Below, one piece after another: positions 21,450 through 31,560 of a DNA stretch of 64,000 nucleotides. A model generated the notes under the pieces. It saw only the letters and a program-made list of their open reading frames with translations, ran no database searches and had not been told where the DNA came from. The DNA is from a virus. The stretch lies in IMG/VR virus record IMGVR_UViG_3300027974_000021. The stretch is one strand, 5' to 3'. A program made the translations under genes and the position numbers. Position 1 is the first letter of the stretch. Each line of letters begins with the position of its first letter.

Positions 21450-23015
21450 ATGGCAGAATTATTTGGCTTTGAGATTAAAAGAAAAACACCGAAGAAAGAA
21501 CTTAGTTCGGTTGTCACACCATCTAATGTAGATGGTTCGACGTTGGTAGCAGACGCATCGGCATATTATGGATTAACACTTGATTTAGATGCGAGTATTA
21601 AGGGCGAAAACGATTTAATAAAAAGATATCGTGAAGTTTCTTATTACCCAGATGCTGATAATGCAATTGAAGACATTGTAAATGAATCAATTGTATTAGA
21701 TAATCAACGTCTTTCAGTTGACGTAGTTTTAGACGATTTAAAAGCATCAGATAATATTAAAGAAGCTATAAGAAAAGAGTTCGAAGAAGTTTATAAATTA
21801 TTAGATTTTGATTTACGTGGTCATGATATATTTCGTACATGGTATGTTGATGGAAGACTGTACTATCATATAGTTATAGATCCAAAAAATACTAAAAACG
21901 GAATTAATGAATTAAGATTTATAGATCCACGTAAAATTCGTAAGATTAAGAATTATAAAAAAGAAAGAAATGATAAGGGTGTTGACGTAGTAAAAGATAT
22001 ACAAGAATACTACATTTACAATGACAAAGGAATTACTGATAGTTTAGCAACAGGTATTAAACTATCTTTAGATTCAGTTGTATTTGCTCCATCAGGATTA
22101 ACTGATTTAAATTCTGGTATGATATTATCGCATTTACATAAAGCGATAAAACCAGTGAACCAGTTAAAAATGGTAGAAGATAGTATAGTAATCTATCGAA
22201 TATCAAGAGCACCTGAACGAAGAATATTTTATATTGATGTTGGTAATCTGCCTAAGTTAAAAGCAGAGCAGTATGTAAACGACATCATGAATAAGTTTAG
22301 AAATAAAGTTGTATATGATGCATCAACAGGTGAAGTACGAGATGATCGTAAACACATGTCAATGCTTGAAGACTTTTGGATGCCAAGAAGAGAGGGTGGT
22401 AGAGGAACTGAAATTACTACACTCCAAGGTGGACAAAATTTAGGCGAGATAGCTGATGTACAATATTTTCAAAAGAAATTATATCAATCTTTAAATGTTC
22501 CTGTCACAAGATTGTTAAGTGAAACAGGATTTAATTTAGGAAGAGCAAGTGAAATAAGTCGTGATGAATTAAACTTCCAAAAGTTTATTGATAGATTAAG
22601 ACGTAAATTTAGCACTATATTTTACAGTCTTTTAAGAGTGCAATTAATTCTAAAAGGAATTATAAAAGATCAAGAGTGGGAACAGTTTTCTCAAGATATT
22701 CGTTTTGATTTTTTAAAAGATAATTTCTTTACTGAATTAAAAGAAAACGAAATACTTGCTCAAAGAATTAATATGTTAAATTCTATTGAACAATATATTG
22801 GAAAATATTACAGTATTAGTTGGGTTCGTAAGAACATATTAAGACAAACAGAAGATGATATTTCGAAAATTGATAAAGAAGTAGCAGGCGAGCAAAGTAA
22901 AATACAAGATTTAAAAGTAGCTCAAACTGCTGAAACAGATGATGAAGCAATAGATGCAGAACAAGATAAAATTGATCTTGAATCTTCTCTTGTTGATAAT
23001 ACTAAAAAGGAATAA
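21450..23015 (+). CDS. gp20: Portal protein
   Basis: YRISRAPERRIFYIDVGNLP, EDFWMPRREGGRGTEITTL. Confidence 0.96.
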   Translation: MAELFGFEIKRKTPKKELSSVVTPSNVDGSTLVADASAYYGLTLDLDASIKGENDLIKRYREVSYYPDADNAIEDIVNESIVLDNQRLSVDVVLDDLKASDNIKEAIRKEFEEVYKLLDFDLRGHDIFRTWYVDGRLYYHIVIDPKNTKNGINELRFIDPRKIRKIKNYKKERNDKGVDVVKDIQEYYIYNDKGITDSLATGIKLSLDSVVFAPSGLTDLNSGMILSHLHKAIKPVNQLKMVEDSIVIYRISRAPERRIFYIDVGNLPKLKAEQYVNDIMNKFRNKVVYDASTGEVRDDRKHMSMLEDFWMPRREGGRGTEITTLQGGQNLGEIADVQYFQKKLYQSLNVPVTRLLSETGFNLGRASEISRDELNFQKFIDRLRRKFSTIFYSLLRVQLILKGIIKDQEWEQFSQDIRFDFLKDNFFTELKENEILAQRINMLNSIEQYIGKYYSISWVRKNILRQTEDDISKIDKEVAGEQSKIQDLKVAQTAETDDEAIDAEQDKIDLESSLVDNTKKE

Positions 23016-23018
23016 TTT

Positions 23019-23204
23019 ATGGAAATGAAAAACAAAATTAAAGACTTAATTGATAATATTGAAATAGGAAATGCTGACGCAATTAATGCATCGTTTTCAA
23101 CAGTAATGGCTGAAAAAGTATCAGCAAGATTAGATAGTTTAAAGCAAGAAGTTGCTAATGTGGTATTTAAAGATAAAATAGAAAATAACGAAAAAAATAA
23201 TTAG
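23019..23204 (+). CDS. Small prohead core protein (gp67-like position)
   Basis: 61-aa helical ORF after portal; synteny. Confidence 0.5.
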   Translation: MEMKNKIKDLIDNIEIGNADAINASFSTVMAEKVSARLDSLKQEVANVVFKDKIENNEKNN

Positions 23205-23215
23205 GAGTATTACTA

Positions 23216-23638
23216 ATGGCTGTCACAAAGACTATATTAAAAAAATCAAAAAATGAAGTTGTTGTTAAATTTGCAAATAACTCAGGAAATAATCAAACTT
23301 CAACTTTTGATTTAAGTGTAGATGCTTTATTGAGCACTGAAGTAATTGAAGGCACAGTAAAAGTTAATATTTTAGCAATAGGTTTCTCTGGGCTTAATGG
23401 TTCTCATTTCACTTTATCAAGAAACTCAGTAGGTATATTTGCTGCTCCTTGTGACCAACCAGATCAATTTTATTTTGAAGGATTTGTTGATGGAATTAAT
23501 AACACAAGTGATATTGTTTGTAGTATGTCAGGCGAATGTTATGTGTATTTAACATTACGCAAAAATTCAGGATTTGAAACTAAAATAGAGACAGCACAAT
23601 TTGGTTCTTATGATGATGACACTGCTAGAGGTAGTTAG
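23216..23638 (+). CDS. Head-region hypothetical protein (gp68 position)
   Basis: SD AGGAG; lies between portal and protease. Confidence 0.45.
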   Translation: MAVTKTILKKSKNEVVVKFANNSGNNQTSTFDLSVDALLSTEVIEGTVKVNILAIGFSGLNGSHFTLSRNSVGIFAAPCDQPDQFYFEGFVDGINNTSDIVCSMSGECYVYLTLRKNSGFETKIETAQFGSYDDDTARGS

Positions 23639-23642
23639 TTAA

Positions 23643-24302
23643 ATGAAACTTATTAGAGAATTTACAGAATCAGTAAAATATTTAATTGAATCTCCAACAA
23701 GTGCAGGAGCAAGTAAAAATTATTTTATTGAAGGAGTATTTTTACAAGGTGAAATTAAAAATCGTAATGGTAGAGTATATCCTATGGATATAATGAAAAA
23801 AGAAGTTGAAAGATATACAAAAGAAAATATTGACAAGAATCGTGCGTATGGTGAATTAGGACATCCTGATTCTCCTACTATTAATTTAGATAGAGTATCG
23901 CACATGATAAAAGAATTGAAGCTTGAAGGCAATAATTATGTCGGAAAAGCGAAAATAATGGATACACCATATGGTAAAATCGTTAAGAGTTTAATTGACG
24001 AGGGTGCTAATTTAGGTGTTTCATCTAGAGGGATGGGATCGTTAAGAGCAAGAAATGACGGAACTCAATTAGTACAAGATGACTTTATGCTAGCGACAGC
24101 TGGTGATATAGTTGCTGATCCATCAGCGCCAGACGCATTTGTGCGAGGTGTTATGGAAGGAAAAGAGTGGGTGTTCGTTGATGGTAAATTCCTTGAGAAA
24201 GACATAGAGCAAGTAAGAAAAGAGATAGCAAGTACAAATAGAATAGCCCTTGCTGAAGCTCAAGCAATTCAGTTTGCAAACTTTCTTAAGAAAATAAAAT
24301 AA
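23643..24302 (+). CDS. gp21: Prohead protease
   Basis: NRNGRVYP, GELGHP, GVSSRGMGSL, DIVADPSAPDA. Confidence 0.95.
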   Translation: MKLIREFTESVKYLIESPTSAGASKNYFIEGVFLQGEIKNRNGRVYPMDIMKKEVERYTKENIDKNRAYGELGHPDSPTINLDRVSHMIKELKLEGNNYVGKAKIMDTPYGKIVKSLIDEGANLGVSSRGMGSLRARNDGTQLVQDDFMLATAGDIVADPSAPDAFVRGVMEGKEWVFVDGKFLEKDIEQVRKEIASTNRIALAEAQAIQFANFLKKIK

Positions 24303-24309
24303 CTAAATA
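24302..24309 (+). promoter_or_regulatory. Late promoter
   Basis: ACTAAATA upstream of scaffold/MCP genes. Confidence 0.65.
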
Positions 24310-24354
24310 TGAATGGAAAACCATTCTTTATACATTTAAATTAGGAGAATATAA

Positions 24355-25947
24355 ATGAAGATCGAACAAACTATCGCAAAGCTGTTAGCTGAAGCGAACA
24401 AAGCTAAATCTCTATTATCTGAACAAGATAAAGAGGGAAGTGCTTATGCTATTGGCATGGCAAAAGCTAAAGAAATTACAGGTGATGAACCACCTCTTGA
24501 AAAAGAAACAATCAAAAAAGCACACGACATTGCTAAAGGTATTCTTAAGAAAGAAGAAATCAATCCATTCAGTGGTCAAGCATTAAAGACTGAAGAGACT
24601 GAAGAAGAAAAGAAAAAAAGAGAAGAAGAAGAAAAGGCAAAAGCAGAAGCAGAAAAATCTACTAAATCTGAATCAGAAGTGGCTCCTAACACAGATGATA
24701 AGAAAAAAGAAGATGAAAAAGCTAAAGAAAAAGAAATCGTAAAAAAAACAGAAATGACTGACGACGAAAAGAAAAAAGCTGAAGACGAAGCAAAAGCTAA
24801 AGCTGAAAAAGAAAAAGCTGAAGTTAAATCAGAAGCTGAATTAACAGATAAACAAAAAACTTTACCACCTGCATTGCAAAAAGCAATTAAGGATAAAGAA
24901 GAAAAAGAAACTGTTAAAGAAGAAACTGAAGAAGAAAAAGCTAAAAGAGAAGCTGAAGAAAAAGCTAAAGCAGAAAAAGAAAAAGCTGAAGTAAAGTCAG
25001 AGTCTGAAGATAAAAAAGAAGACGAAAAAGATGAAGATGAAAAAGAAATGAAATCTGAGTCTGAAGATGAGTCAGAAGATGAAGATGAAAAAGAAATGAA
25101 ATCTGAGTCTGAATCTGAAGATGATGAAGAAAAAATTAAAGAAAAAAATGCTAAAAAGCCAGACGAAGTGAAAATGAACGAAAAAACTAATGAATCAGTT
25201 AAAGTAGATGTATCTGCTGATGTTGAAGCATTATTAAAAGGTGAAACACTTTCTGAAGACTTTAAAGCAAAAGCAAAAGTAATATTCGAAAACGTAGTAA
25301 TCAATAGAGTAAAAACTGAGATTGCTCGTATTTCAAATGAATTGACAACTGAAAATGCTAAAAACATGTCAGTTATCAAAGAGAGCCTGATTGAAAAAGT
25401 TGATGGATATCTCAGCTATGTAGTTGAGCAGTGGGTCTTACAAAATGAAATCGCTCTTGAATCAGGTATTAAGACTGAAATACTTGAAGACTTTGTAAGT
25501 GGTTTAAGAAATTTATTCGAAGACCATTACATTGAAGTACCAAATGAAAGATTTGATGTACTTTCTGATCTTCAAGATCAACTTAATACTACCAAGAAAA
25601 AACTTGATGAAGCTACAACTGAAAATGCTAAAATTTCTAAAGCATTTAGTGATTTACGAAAAAATGAAATCATATCAGTAGTTTCAAAAGATCTAGTGTC
25701 AACAGATGCAGAAAAACTTAAATCATTAGCTGAAGAGCTAACGTTTGAAGATGATGCGTCTTTTGAGAGAAAAGTACAGACAATAAGAGATAATTATTTC
25801 TCAGCAGTGTCTGCGACTCAAAATTCTACTAAAACAATGGTAGATACAATAGTGACTGATGAGCCAATCGTTATCAACGAGTCAGCTAAAATAACTGACG
25901 TAAAAATAGCTGCATATGCAGAACTATTAACTCGCTCAAAGAAATAA
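24355..25947 (+). CDS. gp22: Prohead scaffold protein with long E/K-rich N-terminal extension
   Basis: LSEDFKAKA..IFE, KVDGYLSYVVEQW, LF.DHYIEVP in C-terminal half. Confidence 0.9.
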   Translation: MKIEQTIAKLLAEANKAKSLLSEQDKEGSAYAIGMAKAKEITGDEPPLEKETIKKAHDIAKGILKKEEINPFSGQALKTEETEEEKKKREEEEKAKAEAEKSTKSESEVAPNTDDKKKEDEKAKEKEIVKKTEMTDDEKKKAEDEAKAKAEKEKAEVKSEAELTDKQKTLPPALQKAIKDKEEKETVKEETEEEKAKREAEEKAKAEKEKAEVKSESEDKKEDEKDEDEKEMKSESEDESEDEDEKEMKSESESEDDEEKIKEKNAKKPDEVKMNEKTNESVKVDVSADVEALLKGETLSEDFKAKAKVIFENVVINRVKTEIARISNELTTENAKNMSVIKESLIEKVDGYLSYVVEQWVLQNEIALESGIKTEILEDFVSGLRNLFEDHYIEVPNERFDVLSDLQDQLNTTKKKLDEATTENAKISKAFSDLRKNEIISVVSKDLVSTDAEKLKSLAEELTFEDDASFERKVQTIRDNYFSAVSATQNSTKTMVDTIVTDEPIVINESAKITDVKIAAYAELLTRSKK

Positions 25948-25978
25948 ATTTAAAAAACAATAATAACGGAGAAACAAA

Positions 25979-27229
25979 ATGAAAAGTAGACAAGATCTAT
26001 TAAAAAAATGGGCTCCTGTATTAGATCACGAAGGTGTTGCACCTATTAAAGATGCATACCGAAAAGAAGTGACAGCTGTTCTATTAGAGAACCAAGAGCG
26101 TTCTATTAATGAAGAAAAGCAAGCACTTTTTGAAGCAACTCACGCGAACGCAGCTGGTGCTTTACCAGACAGTTCAGGAGTAGCTAAATTTGATCCAATA
26201 TTGATCTCATTAGTACGTAGAGCAATTCCACAAATGATCGCTTATGACATTTGCGGAGTTCAACCTATGACACAACCAACTGGTTTAATATTTGCTATGA
26301 AAAGCAGATATACAGCTCAGAATGGTACTGAAGCATTATTTAACGAAGCTGATTCAGACTTCGGTGGTACAGGCACGCATGCTGGTTCAAATCCAGTAAG
26401 TGGTGGCTATACAACTGGAACTGGTTTAGCAACTACTGATGCTGAAGGATTAGGCGATTCAGGAACGTTCAATCAAATGGCGTTTTCAATCGAGAAAACT
26501 TCAGTGACTGCGAAAACTCGTGCTTTAAAAGCTGAGTACACAGTTGAATTAGCACAAGATCTAAAATCAGTTCATGGTTTAGATGCTGAGAGTGAATTAT
26601 CAAATATCCTATCTACTGAAATCCTTGCGGAAATCAATAGAGAAGTAATTAGAACAGTTTACACATCAGCTAGAACAGGAGCTCAAGTCGGCACAACAAC
26701 TGCTGGTACTTTTGATCTTGATGTAGATTCAAACGGAAGATGGTCAGTTGAGAAATTCAAAGGATTATTATTCCAAGTAGAGAGAGAAGCAAACGTTATA
26801 GCACAAGAAACACGTAGAGGAAAAGGTAATTTCATTATCGCTTCTTCTGATGTTGCGAGTGCATTAGCAATGTCTGGTGCTTTAGACTATGCTCCAGCTC
26901 TTTCAACAAATCTTAATGTAGATGAAGCTTCTACAACTTTTGCTGGTGTCCTTAATGGTCGCTACAAAGTGTTCGTAGATCCATATTCTGCTAATAATGC
27001 AGCAACTCAGTTGCTATTAGTAGGATACAAAGGTAGTTCAGCATTTGATGCTGGTATCTTCTATTGTCCATACGTTCCATTACAATTGGTGCGTGCAGTA
27101 GATCCTTCTACATTCCAACCAAAAATAGCGTTTAAAACACGTTATGGTATGGTAGCGAATCCATTCGCAGGATTAACATCAAACACGAACTTCTACTATC
27201 GTAAAGTTGCCGTGACAAACTTGATGTAA
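25979..27229 (+). CDS. gp23: Major capsid protein
   Basis: CGVQPMTQPTGLIFA, RALKAEYTVELAQDLKSVHGLDAE, FYCPYVP, FKTRYG. Confidence 0.97.
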   Translation: MKSRQDLLKKWAPVLDHEGVAPIKDAYRKEVTAVLLENQERSINEEKQALFEATHANAAGALPDSSGVAKFDPILISLVRRAIPQMIAYDICGVQPMTQPTGLIFAMKSRYTAQNGTEALFNEADSDFGGTGTHAGSNPVSGGYTTGTGLATTDAEGLGDSGTFNQMAFSIEKTSVTAKTRALKAEYTVELAQDLKSVHGLDAESELSNILSTEILAEINREVIRTVYTSARTGAQVGTTTAGTFDLDVDSNGRWSVEKFKGLLFQVEREANVIAQETRRGKGNFIIASSDVASALAMSGALDYAPALSTNLNVDEASTTFAGVLNGRYKVFVDPYSANNAATQLLLVGYKGSSAFDAGIFYCPYVPLQLVRAVDPSTFQPKIAFKTRYGMVANPFAGLTSNTNFYYRKVAVTNLM

Positions 27230-27254
27230 TCTAAGAAGTTGATTATATAATTTT

Positions 27255-27286
27255 AAAGGGGGGGATGAATTAATCTCCCCCTTTTT
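27255..27286 (+). terminator. Intrinsic terminator after MCP
   Basis: G-rich/C-rich stem followed by T5. Confidence 0.8.
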
Positions 27287-27309
27287 CATTTATACTAAAT
27301 AATTATAAT

Positions 27310-27873
27310 ATGACTCTTAAAACTTCAAATAAACCATCAAATACTAACCCACTTAATCCTAACGGATTTTCTTTTTCATTTGCACGTATTCCAAATGTAA
27401 ATTATTTCGTTCAGTCGATTAATATACCTGATCTTACATTAGGTGAAGTTGTTCAAGCAACTCCACTTTCAGATGCTTACATTCCAGGAGAAAAACTTGT
27501 TTATGGTGTTTGTAATTTAGAATTTATAGTAGATGAAGATATGGAAAATTATCTCGCACTATATCGTTGGATGGTCGCTCTTGGCAAACCAAGAAACTAT
27601 GAACAATATTTAAATTTTCCAACTACCGACACTGAAGCTTATAAAGCAAATTTAAAAGAATTAGCAAAAAATTATTCAGATGGCACATTATTAATACTAA
27701 ATAATAATAACGGAATTAGTAAAATAATCACGTTTAAAGATATGTTCCCAACAGGATTGTCGTCGATGACATTCGACTCTAAAAATACTGATGTGACTTA
27801 TATTACAAATAGTGTGACCCTAAGATATAGTTATTTTACAATACAGAGTCCTACCTCTTCGACAGTCAATTAA
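27310..27873 (+). CDS. gp3: Tail completion / tube terminator
   Basis: L.PNGF.F, NIPDLTLG, FIVDEDMENY, F.DMFPT.LS; ACTAAATA at 27294-27301. Confidence 0.85.
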   Translation: MTLKTSNKPSNTNPLNPNGFSFSFARIPNVNYFVQSINIPDLTLGEVVQATPLSDAYIPGEKLVYGVCNLEFIVDEDMENYLALYRWMVALGKPRNYEQYLNFPTTDTEAYKANLKELAKNYSDGTLLILNNNNGISKIITFKDMFPTGLSSMTFDSKNTDVTYITNSVTLRYSYFTIQSPTSSTVN

Positions 27874-27895
27874 AATACAAAAGAAAGACTGTTAA

Positions 27896-28264
27896 ATGCA
27901 AAAAAATATATTCATATTATTTTTATCATTTTTGCTTACTATTGGAGCAGGGCGAAGCTTTGCTCAAGAATCATTACCAAAAAGCGATAAGTACCCAGAT
28001 TCATCTTGGATTGAAGAAATACCAGTAGTTTGTAATGACTCCACAACACTTCATACTTTTTTAGAATCTAAAGGTTGGTTTATGTCAAAAACATACACTG
28101 GAAGAACTGGTGCTGAAGTTGATGGAAAACCAATCTTTATTATAGCACATTATAAGAATGCAAAATTACCAAAATCAATTATAGAAACATTCACTGTTTT
28201 ATCAGGTGAATCTTGCATAATACATCAAGGATTTGACGAAAAATATACTTCAAATAAAGTTTAA
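27896..28264 (+). CDS. Hypothetical exported protein
   Basis: N-terminal signal-like hydrophobic segment, two Cys. Confidence 0.55.
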   Translation: MQKNIFILFLSFLLTIGAGRSFAQESLPKSDKYPDSSWIEEIPVVCNDSTTLHTFLESKGWFMSKTYTGRTGAEVDGKPIFIIAHYKNAKLPKSIIETFTVLSGESCIIHQGFDEKYTSNKV

Positions 28265-28269
28265 AACCA

Positions 28270-28300
28270 TTTACTTACAAGCTTTTTTATAGTATAATAT
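28270..28300 (+). promoter_or_regulatory. Early (sigma70-type) promoter
   Basis: TTTACTTACAA...TATAAT; same family as other TTTAC promoters, spacing slightly off. Confidence 0.55.
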
Positions 28301-28305
28301 GAATT

Positions 28306-28743
28306 ATGACACTTGAAGAAATACAAGAAAATTGGAAACAAGACTGTATTATAGACGATAATCATTTAGATCGAGAATCTGTTCGTACACCAGTCTTACA
28401 TTCAAAATATTTAAACCTACTCATTTCATATAAACATCGTATTACATCAGCACAATCTGAATATAATAGTATGCGTGTAAAGAAATTTAGATATTATCGT
28501 GGTGAAATGACTAAGGGTGAATTAGAACTTGCTGGTTGGGAACAATGGCAAGGCATAAAGCCATTAAGAAATGAAATGGATGAATTTCTAAATGGTGACG
28601 CTGATTTAATTAAAGCCAAACTTAAAATTGAGTATCTATCGAGCATACAAGAACTTCTTGAATCTATATTACAACAGATCAAGTCACGAGATTGGATTAT
28701 AAGGAATTCATTAGAGTGGAAAAAGTTCGTTAGTGGTGCTTAA
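28306..28743 (+). CDS. uvsY: Recombination mediator
   Basis: LHSKYL, YYRG, I..R.W.IRN..EWKKF..G. Confidence 0.88.
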   Translation: MTLEEIQENWKQDCIIDDNHLDRESVRTPVLHSKYLNLLISYKHRITSAQSEYNSMRVKKFRYYRGEMTKGELELAGWEQWQGIKPLRNEMDEFLNGDADLIKAKLKIEYLSSIQELLESILQQIKSRDWIIRNSLEWKKFVSGA

Positions 28744-30299
28744 TGTCCGAAGATAATAAATCCCAAATTACAATTGAAAACTATACTGAAACACACGTTC
28801 GTGTATTCTCAGAAGATTTAGGTATAGAAAAAGAAATTTCCGAATATTTTACATTTTACGTTCCAGGAGCCCACTTCACACCACAATACAGAGCACGCAT
28901 ATGGGATGGTAAAACACGTCTTTATGATTTACTTCGTAAGACAGTTTATACTGGTTTAATTCCTTATGTTCGTAAATTCGCCTTTGAACGTGGTTATACC
29001 ATATCTGAAACAGGGTTTCCAAAGTACATTGAACCTATAACAGAAGAAGAGGTTAAAACCTTTATAGATTCATTAAATATAACCTCTAAAAACGATCCAG
29101 ATCTATTAGTAAGAGACTATCAATATAATGCGGTTTATTCCGCTTTAAAGCGACGAAGAGCCCTATTGTTGAGTCCAACTGCCAGTGGGAAGAGTCTAAT
29201 AATGTATTCTCTATTACGTTGGTATTCAACGTTGAAAAACAATAAGAAATGCTTGATTATAGTTCCAACAACTAATCTAGTGGAACAGTTATATAAAGAC
29301 TTTGATGATTATTCAACTAAAAATGGTTGGAAAGTAGATGCTCATATTCAAAAGCTTTATGCAGGATTTTCAAAAGAACTTACAAAAAATGTATTAATCA
29401 CTACTTGGCAAAGTATTTACAAATTACCAAAATCATTCTTTGAACAATTTGATGTGGTTTTCGGAGACGAAGTTCATAAATTTAAAGCAAGAAGTCTTAT
29501 TACAATAATGGAAAAATGTAATAAAATAAAATTTCGTATTGGTACAACTGGAACAATCGATAATAGTAAAATAAATAAATTAGTACTCGAAGGACTTTTT
29601 GGAATCGTAGAAAAAGTCACAACTACATCTGATTTAATTGACCAGAAAAAATTAGCAGATTTAAAAATTATTTGCTTACTTCTTTCCTATGATGATATAT
29701 CACGTGAAGGAAGAAAAAATAACGTTTATTCAGATGAAATAGATTGGTTGGTTTCTTGTGATAAAAGAAATAACTATATTACAAATCTTGCTATTAACTG
29801 CAAAGGGAATACTTTAATACTTTATCAATATGTGAAGAAACACGGAATCCCTTTATACGAGAAACTAAATAGATTAGAGAAGAAATATAACAAAAAAATA
29901 TATTTAATCTCTGGCGATACGATTGTTTCTGATAGAGAACAAGTAAGAGATATCGCAGCAGATACAAGCAATTGTATAATAGTCGCAAGTTATGGTACTT
30001 TCAGCACAGGTGTAAATATACCGAGTATTGAAAATATTATATTAGCAAGTCCGATTAAGAGTAAGATACTTAATTTACAAAGTATTGGGCGAGGACTACG
30101 ATTAAATAAGAATAAAACTACATGTAATTTGTTTGATATTGCTGATGACTTATCTTATAAGAAATGGAAAAATCATACTTATAGACATTTGTTGTCAAGA
30201 ATGCAAACTTATGACGAAGAAAAGTTTAACTATTCATTAGTAGAGGTAAAATTAAATGCATCAGAAATCAGCGACACCGAGAGTAATAAAATCGAGTGA
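28743..30299 (+). CDS. uvsW: SF2 DNA helicase
   Basis: SPTASGKS, DEVH, FSTGVNI, LQSIGRGLR. Confidence 0.93.
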   Translation: MSEDNKSQITIENYTETHVRVFSEDLGIEKEISEYFTFYVPGAHFTPQYRARIWDGKTRLYDLLRKTVYTGLIPYVRKFAFERGYTISETGFPKYIEPITEEEVKTFIDSLNITSKNDPDLLVRDYQYNAVYSALKRRRALLLSPTASGKSLIMYSLLRWYSTLKNNKKCLIIVPTTNLVEQLYKDFDDYSTKNGWKVDAHIQKLYAGFSKELTKNVLITTWQSIYKLPKSFFEQFDVVFGDEVHKFKARSLITIMEKCNKIKFRIGTTGTIDNSKINKLVLEGLFGIVEKVTTTSDLIDQKKLADLKIICLLLSYDDISREGRKNNVYSDEIDWLVSCDKRNNYITNLAINCKGNTLILYQYVKKHGIPLYEKLNRLEKKYNKKIYLISGDTIVSDREQVRDIAADTSNCIIVASYGTFSTGVNIPSIENIILASPIKSKILNLQSIGRGLRLNKNKTTCNLFDIADDLSYKKWKNHTYRHLLSRMQTYDEEKFNYSLVEVKLNASEISDTESNKIE

Positions 30300-30798
30300 A
30301 GATTTTGTCATTGTAAGATTATCAACAGGAGAATCAATATTAGCCATTCGTTTGACAGAGGACGAAAAAGAAATTACTATTGAATATCCATTCGCACTTA
30401 AAAATTATCCAAGAATTACAAAACAAGGTGGAATTATAGAACAAGTGACTGCAGGACCATATTGTAGTTTCGCCGAAAATAGAGTTTTTACATTCCCGAA
30501 GAAAGACGTTTTTTTCGTTAAGAAACTTCATTCTTTCGCAGTACCATTCTTTATGTCATTGTACAATCAACACGAAAGATTGGTTGCAATGGGTTCTTAT
30601 GACGATTTAATGAATAGATTTATGGATAAACAAGAAATGGCTGATTTAAGACACGACGAACAATTCCCAGATACAGAATCAGAAGATTATACGAGTAATT
30701 ATGATACAGAAACAGAGGAATTAACTACTGAAGAAATGGATAATATAACAGAAATTTATAATCAGATTAAGAGCAAAGATAAGAAAGTAATCCATTAA
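30256..30798 (+). CDS. Conserved T4-like hypothetical (Sm-like N-terminus)
   Basis: IVRLSTGESILA motif; position between uvsW and gp55. Confidence 0.5.
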   Translation: MHQKSATPRVIKSSEDFVIVRLSTGESILAIRLTEDEKEITIEYPFALKNYPRITKQGGIIEQVTAGPYCSFAENRVFTFPKKDVFFVKKLHSFAVPFFMSLYNQHERLVAMGSYDDLMNRFMDKQEMADLRHDEQFPDTESEDYTSNYDTETEELTTEEMDNITEIYNQIKSKDKKVIH

Positions 30799-30893
30799 TT
30801 ATTATAATAGAATATTTCAAACATCCACAGGTGTTATTATAATATGAAAAATCTTGAAAGTAAAGGTGTGAAAAAAAACTCAAATCAAAACAC

Positions 30894-30922
30894 TTTACTT
30901 ACAATATATTTTAGAGTATAAT
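30894..30922 (+). promoter_or_regulatory. Early promoter
   Basis: TTTACT-N17-TATAAT. Confidence 0.75.
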
Positions 30923-30960
30923 TGTGATCTATTTACTCTTTAATATTTAAATCCTTTATT

Positions 30961-31560
30961 ATGAATAAAAAAACTAAAGAACCAAAAATACATTACGTCA
31001 ATAATGCTGAATTTCTTAAAGCATTAATTCAATGGAAAAAAGATTGTGTTGACGCAGAAGATAGTGGAGAAGAACATCCACCAAGAATTCCTAATTACAT
31101 AGGTGAATGTATTTTAAAAATAGCAACACGTCTTTCTACACGTCCAAATTTTAATAATTATACATATCGTGATGATATGATATTAGATGGTATTGAAAAT
31201 TGTATTCAATATCTTCACAACTTCGATCCTACCAAATCTAAAAATCCCTTTGCTTATTTTACTCAAATCATATATTACGCATTCTTAAGACGTATTATGA
31301 AAGAAAGAAAACAAGCTTATATTAAAACTAAAATTCTTACTTCTTTACCACCTACTTTTTTTCAAGAACTTGGTATGAGTGATGATGAAATATCAGAGTC
31401 AGAAAGAAACTTTGATAAATTTGTTAGTAAGATGAGCCAAGCAATAGAAAGCCAAAATAACTTTGATGAATGGCTAGTTAAAAAGTCTGTTGCTAGGAAA
31501 ATGAAAAATAATATTGAAACGATTGATTTAGATAATGACAAAGATAACGATTATAACTGA
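30961..31560 (+). CDS. gp55: Late sigma factor
   Basis: HYVNN.EF, PNF.NYTYRDDMI.DGIENC, NPFAYFTQI. Confidence 0.93.
   Translation: MNKKTKEPKIHYVNNAEFLKALIQWKKDCVDAEDSGEEHPPRIPNYIGECILKIATRLSTRPNFNNYTYRDDMILDGIENCIQYLHNFDPTKSKNPFAYFTQIIYYAFLRRIMKERKQAYIKTKILTSLPPTFFQELGMSDDEISESERNFDKFVSKMSQAIESQNNFDEWLVKKSVARKMKNNIETIDLDNDKDNDYN

Noticed and set aside
24576-25379. 267-aa Ser/Phe-rich minus-strand ORF
   Set aside because: Antisense shadow of the low-complexity E/K region of gp22
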